Assembly: GCA_041737255.1 (NCBI GenBank)
Contig: JBGSSB010000079.1
Coordinates: 1 to 55,637, forward strand
Length of the DNA stretch: 55,637 nucleotides
Source: Chlamydiales bacterium
Lineage (GTDB): Bacteria > Chlamydiota > Chlamydiia > Chlamydiales > FEN-1388
Direction of reading: 5' to 3'
Program-made: the position numbers and the translations under genes
In this document: positions 35,984 through 43,680 of the stretch, piece by piece
How positions within the stretch are numbered: the first letter of the stretch is position 1
Layout: every line of letters begins with the position of its first letter
Notes under the pieces: generated by a model
The model's input: only the letters and a program-made list of their open reading frames with translations
Told to the model about the DNA's origin: nothing
The model's database searches: none

Positions 35984-37768
35984 ATGACTAAAGGCCAACT
36001 CCAAATACATAGCCAGAATATTTTGCCCATCATTAAGAAATGGCTCTATTCTGAAAAAGATATTTTTGTACGTGAACTTGTTTCAAACGCCTGCGATGCC
36101 ATCGCAAAGAGAGCAATCGTTGATCAAAACATCAAAGATCCCCACCGCATTGACATTCGTATCGACAAAGAGGCAAAAACTCTTACCTATTCTGACACTG
36201 GCATTGGACTTGATGCAGAAGAAGCAGAAAAATATTTAGCCCAAATCGCTTTTTCTGGTGCAGAAGAGTTTGTAAAAGCCTACCAAACAAATGATGCCTT
36301 TATTGGCCACTTCGGCCTTGGCTTTTACTCGTCATACATGGTTGCACAAAAAGTAGAAGTGCGAAGCCTTTCTTATAAAGAAAATAGCACATCTATAGTC
36401 TGGAGCTGCGATGGCTCATCAGAATATGAAATTCTACCAAGCGACCGAACACAAGTTGGCTCCGATGTGATTTTACACGTTGGTCCAGAACACGAAGAAT
36501 TTTTAGACGAAAAGCATCTGTTAGATACCGTACGTCGCTTTTGTTTATTCTTGCCCTACCCTATCTACGTCAATGACAAGCTTGTAAATAGCAAAGAGCC
36601 TCTTTGGCTAAAACAGCCCTCTACCTGTACAGACCAAGAATATATCGACTTTTACAAAGAGCTTTATCCATTTGAAGAGGAGCCCCTCTTCTGGATTCAC
36701 CTTAATGTCGATTACCCATTTCACGTTAAAGGTATTTTATACTTTCCACACATCCACAAGGACTTTGACTTTAACAAAAACCACATCAAGCTCTACTCAA
36801 ACAGGGTTTTTGTATCAGACGACTGCAAAGATGTATTGCCAGAGTACCTTACAATACTAAAAGGCGTTATCGACAGCCCAGACATTCCACTTAACGTATC
36901 CAGAAGTCACCTACAGGTGGATAAAACTGTACGAGCACTAAGCGGACACATCTCCAAAAAGGTTGTCGACGCACTGCACACCCTTTATAAAACTGACCAA
37001 GAGCGCTTTTATCGCGTATGGGATGACTGCGAGTTTATCGTAAAGCTAGGGCTTCTTAACGACGAAAAGTTTGCCGCTAAAGCCAAAGAGTTTTTGGTAT
37101 GGAAAACAACAAAGGGTGGCCACGTAACACCTGATACCGAATCTTGCTACTACTACATTACAGAAGAGCAGATGGGATCTCCATTAATAAATCTTTACGA
37201 ACAAAAGGGCATTGAAATACTCATCGCAAGAATGCCTCTTGATGCTGCTGTTATGTCTCAGCTAGAGCGTGGAAATTCTGTTCGCTTTAAGAGAATAGAT
37301 GCCAGCTTGCAAGATCAGCTTATTGATGCCTCCAAAGAAAATTCAGTGCTTGACCAAGATGGTAAGACAGAAGCCGGAAAAATTGCTGACTTTGTCCGTA
37401 AAAGCTTGAGCATGGAAAACCTTGAAGTAGAAGCTAAAAGCTTACACTCTGAAGAGACTGCAGGCTTTATTGTATTAGCAGAAGAAGAGCGCCGCCTTAG
37501 AGACTACCTTGCCCGTATCTCCAAAGAAAAAACGCCAAGCGCTCCAATCAAAAAAACCTTCGTTGTAAATACAAACAGCCCACTTGTCGCCTCCATATAT
37601 AAGATGCAAACAAGTGCGCCAGAGCTTGCCTCGATGATGATACGTGAAGTATATGACTTGGCAGCCCTTGGGCAAAAAGAGCTTTCAGGAGAAGAAATAG
37701 GCAGCTTCCTAGCTAGAAACATGAAGCTCTTAGAAAAAGTGGCAGAATTTGCCACCAAAACACCATAA
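35984..37768 (+). CDS. htpG: Molecular chaperone HtpG (Hsp90)
   Basis: 594 aa with a GHKL ATPase N-terminus (FVRELVSNACDA, DTGIGL, GHFGLGFYS). Confidence 0.93.
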   Translation: MTKGQLQIHSQNILPIIKKWLYSEKDIFVRELVSNACDAIAKRAIVDQNIKDPHRIDIRIDKEAKTLTYSDTGIGLDAEEAEKYLAQIAFSGAEEFVKAYQTNDAFIGHFGLGFYSSYMVAQKVEVRSLSYKENSTSIVWSCDGSSEYEILPSDRTQVGSDVILHVGPEHEEFLDEKHLLDTVRRFCLFLPYPIYVNDKLVNSKEPLWLKQPSTCTDQEYIDFYKELYPFEEEPLFWIHLNVDYPFHVKGILYFPHIHKDFDFNKNHIKLYSNRVFVSDDCKDVLPEYLTILKGVIDSPDIPLNVSRSHLQVDKTVRALSGHISKKVVDALHTLYKTDQERFYRVWDDCEFIVKLGLLNDEKFAAKAKEFLVWKTTKGGHVTPDTESCYYYITEEQMGSPLINLYEQKGIEILIARMPLDAAVMSQLERGNSVRFKRIDASLQDQLIDASKENSVLDQDGKTEAGKIADFVRKSLSMENLEVEAKSLHSEETAGFIVLAEEERRLRDYLARISKEKTPSAPIKKTFVVNTNSPLVASIYKMQTSAPELASMMIREVYDLAALGQKELSGEEIGSFLARNMKLLEKVAEFATKTP

Positions 37769-37782
37769 CATAAAGATCCTTG

Positions 37783-39021
37783 ATGTCTTATAAAATAATT
37801 CTATTCTTACTCTGCTGCATTTCATCTGTACATGCAGCAGATGTCCTCTACCTCACCTGGCAAAACGACCCTACGACAACCATGACTATTCAGTGGCTGT
37901 CTGATCTCAAAAGCGAAAGCGATGAGATTGAACTAAAAAAACAGAATGAAAAACCGGGTGAAAAAGAAGATCAAAAAGAGGATAAAGCACAAGAATGGAA
38001 AAAGATTCAAGGATCACATAAAGTCCTCCCCTACAATGCCCCACACCTTGTTCATACAGTTGAAGTAACAGGTCTTGCGCCCGACAGCCTCTACAGCTTT
38101 CGATTGCCTGGTGAAACAGCAGTAAACCAGTTTCGAACCATGCCAAGCGACCTTACAAAACCTGTGCAGTTTGCAGCAGGAGGCGATGCCTACCATGGTG
38201 ATGGCGATTATTTCGATGATATGACTAAAAAAGTGGCCTCCATGAACCCTCGCTTTGTACTTTTAGGAGGAGACATAGCCTACAGCGTATCAGATAAAAG
38301 ACGTGGCAATGACAAAATCGATCGCTGGCTTCCTTTTTTGCGCTCTTGGACAAAATATATGAAAGCACCAGATGGCTGCATAATACCAATAGTTCCCGCA
38401 ATTGGTAACCACGAAGTGGTAGGATATTACGACCAGACACCAGAACAGGCCAAGTTTTTCTACGCATTCTTTGCCTGCCCAGGCCCGCAAGGCTATAAGC
38501 AACTTCTTTTTGGCAAGTATATGTCGATATGTTTACTTGACTCAAACCACACACATCCCATTGGTGGAGAACAAACCACCTGGCTACAAGATGCCCTACG
38601 AAGAAGCTACAGCTGCACCCACCGCTTTGCGCTATACCATGTACCCGCCTATCCCTCTGTTCGGCAGTATGGCATGAAAGAAAGCGCTGCCATAAGACGA
38701 CACTGGGTGCCGCTTTTTGAGCGCTACAGCATGCATGGCGTCTTCGAAAACCACGAACATGCCTACAAGCGCACGCATCCTCTCATAGATGGAAGCGAAC
38801 ATCCTGATGGTGTCGTTTATTTTGGTGATGGATCATGGGGAGTAAAACCTCGCAAGCCAAAAAGCCCTTGGAGAACTACCTACCTTGCAAAATCTAAGTC
38901 CTGCCGGCAGTTCATCATGGTAGAGCTTACAAACGAGACACGATCCTACAAGGCCATATCCACCGAAGGCGAGGTCATTGACACCTACACGCAAAAGGTG
39001 CAACCGCCAGAAAAGTTTTAG
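37783..39021 (+). CDS. Secreted calcineurin-like metallophosphoesterase (purple-acid-phosphatase-like)
   Basis: Signal peptide MSYKIILFLLCCISSVHA, then motifs GGDAY, GGDIAYS, GNHE and FENHEHAYKRT. The ATG at 37783 lies one codon inside the track TTG start. Confidence 0.8.
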   Translation: MSYKIILFLLCCISSVHAADVLYLTWQNDPTTTMTIQWLSDLKSESDEIELKKQNEKPGEKEDQKEDKAQEWKKIQGSHKVLPYNAPHLVHTVEVTGLAPDSLYSFRLPGETAVNQFRTMPSDLTKPVQFAAGGDAYHGDGDYFDDMTKKVASMNPRFVLLGGDIAYSVSDKRRGNDKIDRWLPFLRSWTKYMKAPDGCIIPIVPAIGNHEVVGYYDQTPEQAKFFYAFFACPGPQGYKQLLFGKYMSICLLDSNHTHPIGGEQTTWLQDALRRSYSCTHRFALYHVPAYPSVRQYGMKESAAIRRHWVPLFERYSMHGVFENHEHAYKRTHPLIDGSEHPDGVVYFGDGSWGVKPRKPKSPWRTTYLAKSKSCRQFIMVELTNETRSYKAISTEGEVIDTYTQKVQPPEKF

Positions 39022-39062
39022 CGAGCTCAGTGGTTCAGTGGCAATGCAACACAGAAGAAAAT

Positions 39063-39179
39063 AACAAGATACGCATGATCCGCTATCGCGGGCAAGATAT
39101 GCAGGGCACTAAAGAGAGGCAAAACCCATATATATTATCTTGCATATCTTGCCGCATTTGCGATCCTGCATATCTTGTT
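39063..39179. repeat. Imperfect ~41-nt inverted repeat built from CAAGATAYGCA motifs, between convergent genes
   Basis: The left arm 39063-39105 (AACAAGATACGCATGATCC...GGGCAAGATATGCAGG) is complementary to the right arm 39139-39179 (CTTGCATATCTTGCCGC...GATCCTGCATATCTTGTT). A related half-copy, GCGGCAAGATACGCAAG, sits at 55369-55385. Confidence 0.7.
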
Positions 39180-39259
39180 TAAATGGTTTACAGCCGGCAA
39201 CTTGTGATATCCATTACTTTGCTAATCTGACATATCAGCCTTAGCCCCATAATAGATTT

Positions 39260-39970
39260 TTAATTAATGGCCGCGCTATGAGGCTCACTATATGGTTTAC
39301 CGGTTTTCATGGCGTGCCACATATCATCAGAAACTGTTACAGGCCACTCTTTGAATTTTGTTCTGTATTCCGGAAATTGACTTGCCTCTACCCAGTGAAG
39401 CTTGCCGCCATCTTGCGTGACACGGTCAGGAAATCGTATGCCGTTAAGATGGTCTACCTCGTGCTGAAATACACGTGCAGCAAAGCCTGAGAGCTCACCT
39501 GATATAAAATTTCCCTGCCTATCATATGCCGTATAGTTGATTTGCGCAGCACGCACAACAATACCGCAGACTCTAGCATCAACTGAGTAGCAGCCCTCGC
39601 GCTCCTCTTCAACGTCATCTGACTTCCATGTGATTTTTGGATTGATAAAGGCCTTTAACTCCCCCAATTCCCTTTTAGCGTTAGCTCCAACATCTACCAA
39701 CATAATCTGCTTGTATACACCAATCTGGGGGGCCGCCAGCCCAACCATTACTCTGGATGTTGGATCAGCTCGCTCTGCTCCGGCAATCACATACATCCTA
39801 TCAATTATTGCCTGGATTTCATCTGACACAATTTTATCTTCAGCAACAGGCTCCACAGCAACACTCAATGCGGGGTTTGCCGGTTCTACAAAAATATCCA
39901 TCTGGGTCTCCTCTGCAAAAACAAGGGCAGTTACACTACCAAATAAAAAAACAAGCAACCGCACATTCAT
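39260..39970 (-). CDS. def: Peptide deformylase homologue with a signal-peptide-like N-terminal extension
   Basis: 236 aa with all three PDF motifs: GLAAPQIG, EGCYS and QHEVDHLNG. These are preceded by MNVRLLVFLFGSVTALVFAEE plus about 40 further residues. Confidence 0.85.
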   Translation of the reverse strand: MNVRLLVFLFGSVTALVFAEETQMDIFVEPANPALSVAVEPVAEDKIVSDEIQAIIDRMYVIAGAERADPTSRVMVGLAAPQIGVYKQIMLVDVGANAKRELGELKAFINPKITWKSDDVEEEREGCYSVDARVCGIVVRAAQINYTAYDRQGNFISGELSGFAARVFQHEVDHLNGIRFPDRVTQDGGKLHWVEASQFPEYRTKFKEWPVTVSDDMWHAMKTGKPYSEPHSAAIN

Positions 39971-40082
39971 AAAAAAACCTTAATCTATTGTGCCTAAACA
40001 ACATCAAATCTAATTTAATGATACATAAAGAAGCAAGTTTTCTGCTATTTTTTATCAGGCAAAGGTTCAAAAGGAATAGTAC

Positions 40083-41153
40083 ATGCAGCCCATAAATACT
40101 AGTTTTCGAGGGGACGATAAAGAAAAACAGCCAAAGCTAGCATCTGCACGTGAATGTTCAAAGAATCGCCAACTACTCACCCCTCAGCTCACAAGACTCA
40201 ATACAGATCCTCTTGGCAATTTAACAACTCACATGAATCAGTTGGCAATACCTCCCGACTCCCCTTCACCAAAATCATCCCCTAAAGTAACCTCTCGAAG
40301 CTCTTATTCATCACGAAGAGGAAGCCTACTTGCTGGATTATTATCTCCCAGAATATCCCTTAAGGAAAAAAGAGCCAACGCAGCCCTTCAGAGTGAGCCT
40401 CCAGAAAAAGGGTATGACGAACATATAGAAAAATTACTACACATTCTAGAGGGGCAAGGCGCAGAAGGCAATAGGCTTACCGGAACTCTATTTAAAGAAT
40501 TTGCCACTCTTGTCGAAGGCATCCCAAAAGAAAAAACAAACTTTGTTAAGCCACTTGAAAGTGCTGCCTGCGATCTTTGGCGCGCAGCCTCAAAGCTTTG
40601 CATAATGACGCAAAGTGGAATCTCCTTACATAAAATCGTAGACAAACACCCTCACGCCGATCTCGAGAGTGTAGCAGAAGACATTGCCGACCTAAACAAT
40701 AGATTTTTACATTTACTTTCATGCTTTCTTAAAAACCGAGACGAGTCAGTAACACTTCCTAAACGTGTTGAGTGGCAAAATGTTGATGACGTTGCTAAAT
40801 GGGTAAGGAACTCTCTAGATTTAAACTCTTCGTCGCCTCTTACTCGATTTATCAGGTCCTGTAGCCAAGACCGCTATTCAGGATCTATTATGAGGGAGTT
40901 ACTTATCAATACCTACGGATTGCTTCCAATTGATCCAGTACCAATACTGGCCAAAGCCCAATCCAAAAACCTTACCATCACGCGCACCTTTCACGAGCAG
41001 GGCTCCAATATAGAAAGCCTCGAGATTCCAATAAGTATTCTAGAAAGAAAAACAGAGAAACCGCTTGGCCGAATACGCTGGCTGCTGCAGTTTACGTATG
41101 ATACAGAGTGTCATCTTACAAAGATTCAGACCCATGCCTTTTTGGAAAAGTGA
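40083..41153 (+). CDS. Hypothetical protein with a disordered Ser/Pro-rich N-terminus and a helical C-domain (candidate secreted effector)
   Basis: 356 aa with clean coding character. The first ~100 aa are low-complexity (PPDSPSPKSSPKVTSRSSYSSRRGSLLAGLLSPR). I recognise no family motif. Confidence 0.55.
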   Translation: MQPINTSFRGDDKEKQPKLASARECSKNRQLLTPQLTRLNTDPLGNLTTHMNQLAIPPDSPSPKSSPKVTSRSSYSSRRGSLLAGLLSPRISLKEKRANAALQSEPPEKGYDEHIEKLLHILEGQGAEGNRLTGTLFKEFATLVEGIPKEKTNFVKPLESAACDLWRAASKLCIMTQSGISLHKIVDKHPHADLESVAEDIADLNNRFLHLLSCFLKNRDESVTLPKRVEWQNVDDVAKWVRNSLDLNSSSPLTRFIRSCSQDRYSGSIMRELLINTYGLLPIDPVPILAKAQSKNLTITRTFHEQGSNIESLEIPISILERKTEKPLGRIRWLLQFTYDTECHLTKIQTHAFLEK

Positions 41154-41195
41154 CATGAGGCTCTCATGTCACTTTTAGAGATATCCGCAAGGAAG

Positions 41196-41567
41196 TTATT
41201 CTTTGCGATCTTCATCAGCAGAAGATCCAGCTTGCACTTCATTGATTGCAGCTTTAAGAAATTCAAGTTCAGAAGTTGCTGAGCGCACAACAACGGTATC
41301 TTCTTTAATTTTTGCAATCACCCCAACAAGGCCCATGCAAATTACGCGATCGCCCTTTTTCATGGAGCTACGTAGCGTATCTAACGCTTTACGGCGCTTT
41401 TGCTCTGGTCTCCATAAAATAAAGTAGAAAAAAGCAAGGGCAATACCAACCATTACTAGTGTCTGTGTAAGACCTTGATCAGGTGATACCGGCGCTGCGT
41501 CATCTGCTGAAAGATGCATCATTTGTCCTAAAAAGAGGCTCACGATATAGGAGGCCTTCTTCATCAT
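41196..41567 (-). CDS. yajC: Preprotein translocase subunit YajC
   Basis: TM segment followed by ILWRPEQKRRKALDTLRSSMKKGDRVICMGLVGVIAKIKEDTVVV, the typical YajC core. I prefer the MMKKAS start at 41567 (track start 41609). Confidence 0.85.
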   Translation of the reverse strand: MMKKASYIVSLFLGQMMHLSADDAAPVSPDQGLTQTLVMVGIALAFFYFILWRPEQKRRKALDTLRSSMKKGDRVICMGLVGVIAKIKEDTVVVRSATSELEFLKAAINEVQAGSSADEDRKE

Positions 41568-41630
41568 AGTCTTATTCCTCTCACTTAAGGGTTTAGGGGG
41601 CAGTATCACATACTTTATGATAAAAAGCCA

Positions 41631-43049
41631 CTACCGCTTCAAGATCACAATATTCTCAACATGGATAGTCTGGGCAAACTGATCTATAGGCTGAATGGCC
41701 GCAAGGACATATCCAGCTAAGACAAGCTCTTGTACATCTATTTTTTGTGTTTTTGGATTACATGACACGTAGACAATAGTGGCTGGAGATAGCGCCACAA
41801 TATGCTCTATAGCCTGCTTGCCAAGGCCCGTTCTTGGTGGATCTACAATCACAACGTCGGCACGCGGCAGGCTTTTGTCAGCTAAAGCTTTTGCGACATC
41901 GGCTTTGATCATACGGAAGTTTGTGATGTTTAATTTATCGCTATTTACCTTAGCGTCATAGGCGCTATCGGCAGAAAGCTCAATGGCTATAACCTCTTTT
42001 ACAAGGTGGGCCGCGCACATGCCAAATATCCCAATACCTGCATATAAATCATACAAAACCATATCTGGCTTAAGCTCAGCAAGTGCCAAGGCTCTTTCGT
42101 AGATGCGGCTTGCCTGGCGCGAATTAGGCTGAAAAAATGAACTAGGGCTCAAAGTAAATTCAAGCACTTTTGATCCAATCTCTTTGGAGTCAAGAGTTAT
42201 ACGCTCTCGAAAGCTATCAGGCCCCGAAAGAAGCATTTCAAAAAACTGTGTTTCCCTTCCCTTATGTGTCTGTTGGATGCGTATAATGCAGGACAAGGTA
42301 GCCCCAGGTTCACTTGGCGTTGCATACTGGGCACACACCTTTGCAAACTGATCAAGATCTGTTTGCTTCATCGGGTAATCAGGGTTGCCCGAAACAGTCA
42401 AAATGACTACACGATCACCTGTTGTATGCGCCTCTCTCATAGTTAGATATCGAAGCTGCCCGCTATTTTTTGGAGGATAGTGAGCCTGCAATGTGCTTTG
42501 TTGCCACCATGCATAGCAGCCTTGGAGTGTTTCACTTACCCAAGGGTTCACAAGATGACACTCTTCAAGATTGAATACCCTGCCTTTGGAACATCTCATG
42601 ATAAGTCCCAAATACTTCTCTTGGCTCAAGTCTTGAGAAAAAGTAAATTCCATCTTGTTGCGGTAGTGCCATGCCGATGGGCAGGCAATAATTGGATAAA
42701 AAATAGATTTTTCAGTCAGCAATTCTGAAAAAAGAGTTTTCAGCATCTCTTCTTTCATGGCAAGTTGCTTTTCGTAGGGCAAATGCTGCCACGTGCAACC
42801 GCCACAAACATCAAAATGTTTACACTTTACTGGAATGCGATCGGGTGATGGCTGCTTTACTTCTAAAACTTTGCCCAGCAACCCTTGTGTCTTTTTACTT
42901 CTGCAACGGGCAATATCGCAGAGTACAGTTTCGCCTGGCAGAGAATTTGGAATGCAAACACTGCGAATAGTGCCATCTTGGCGATGCCACGAAGCTACAC
43001 CCCAACCTTGGGGATTCAGCTCATCTACGTACAATTCAATCGTATTCAT
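41631..43049 (-). CDS. rlmD: 23S rRNA (uracil-5-)-methyltransferase, RumA/RlmD family
   Basis: 472 aa with an N-terminal TRAM-like domain, 4Fe-4S cluster cysteines (CKHFDVCGGCTWQH), the SAM fold, and DPPRTG with a catalytic Cys near the C-terminus (VSCNP). Confidence 0.85.
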   Translation of the reverse strand: MNTIELYVDELNPQGWGVASWHRQDGTIRSVCIPNSLPGETVLCDIARCRSKKTQGLLGKVLEVKQPSPDRIPVKCKHFDVCGGCTWQHLPYEKQLAMKEEMLKTLFSELLTEKSIFYPIIACPSAWHYRNKMEFTFSQDLSQEKYLGLIMRCSKGRVFNLEECHLVNPWVSETLQGCYAWWQQSTLQAHYPPKNSGQLRYLTMREAHTTGDRVVILTVSGNPDYPMKQTDLDQFAKVCAQYATPSEPGATLSCIIRIQQTHKGRETQFFEMLLSGPDSFRERITLDSKEIGSKVLEFTLSPSSFFQPNSRQASRIYERALALAELKPDMVLYDLYAGIGIFGMCAAHLVKEVIAIELSADSAYDAKVNSDKLNITNFRMIKADVAKALADKSLPRADVVIVDPPRTGLGKQAIEHIVALSPATIVYVSCNPKTQKIDVQELVLAGYVLAAIQPIDQFAQTIHVENIVILKR

Positions 43050-43111
43050 ATAAATAAAAAAAGGGGAAAAAAATTTTCCCCCTCATTGTATCTTAAAGTA
43101 ACAAAAAATGA

Positions 43112-43528
43112 TTAGGCTTTCTTAACAGGCAGTTTTGCCGTAGGACGCTTCATCATCATAGGTTTTTTAGCCGGGCGAGCTTTAGCTTTAGCTTGTGGCT
43201 TTGCTTTAGCTTGTGGCTTAGCTTTGGCTTGAGGCTTAGCTTGTGGCTTTGCTTTGGCTTGTGGCTTTGCTTTCGCTTGCGGTTTTGCCTTTGCAGCTTT
43301 AGCTTTAGCTTTGGCTGGGGCTTTTTTATTTGATTGCTTTTTAGAACCACCCTGCTTTTCTGCAGTAATAGATTCCTTTCGATAGTTTTTCGCAATTTTC
43401 TCGAGCCTAATAGTGCCCGTTCGAACTCTTTGAGAAGCAGCCTTGTTGCCACCTACTGATTTTTCCAGATCAACTGAAATTCCAGCAAGTAGTTCACGCA
43501 TACGCTTTACAGTATCATTAAGTCCCAT
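43112..43528 (-). CDS. hctA: Chlamydial histone H1-like protein Hc1
   Basis: 138 aa. The N-terminal domain (KAASQRVRTGTIRLEKIAKNYRKESI) closely resembles the Hc1 core GNKAAAQRVRTESIKLEK.AK.YRKESI, followed by a Lys/Ala/Pro-rich repeat tail. GGAGG RBS upstream. Confidence 0.92.
   Translation of the reverse strand: MGLNDTVKRMRELLAGISVDLEKSVGGNKAASQRVRTGTIRLEKIAKNYRKESITAEKQGGSKKQSNKKAPAKAKAKAAKAKPQAKAKPQAKAKPQAKPQAKAKPQAKAKPQAKAKARPAKKPMMMKRPTAKLPVKKA
43178..43316. repeat. 18-nt tandem repeats encoding the (AKAKPQ)n tail of Hc1
   Basis: GCTTTGGCTTGTGGCTTT-type units repeat about 7 times on the plus strand. They translate on the minus strand to AKPQAKAKPQAKAKPQAKPQAKAKPQAKAKPQAKAK. Confidence 0.85.
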
Positions 43529-43680
43529 AAAGATTTTTCCTCCGTTTAAACGTTATGGACAGTTACTGTACTTACCCAACCCGCACTATATTGTGCAAGA
43601 CATTTCTCATAATTGTTAATTTTTTTTCCCAACAATAGCGTATCGAACCCTTTACAAAAGCCAGCCGTTAGGCTATTGTA

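Noticed and set aside
35909-36010. Longer N-terminus of the Rsm22-like methyltransferase (track start 36010)
   Set aside because: It would overlap the divergent htpG start (35984) and adds 34 non-conserved-looking residues. The ATG at 35908 is preferred.
43629-43660. GGGTTCGATAC (minus strand), resembling a tRNA T-arm, in the hctA upstream region
   Set aside because: No complementary T-stem, acceptor stem or anticodon arm can be drawn around it. I found no tRNA cloverleaf anywhere in the intergenic regions.
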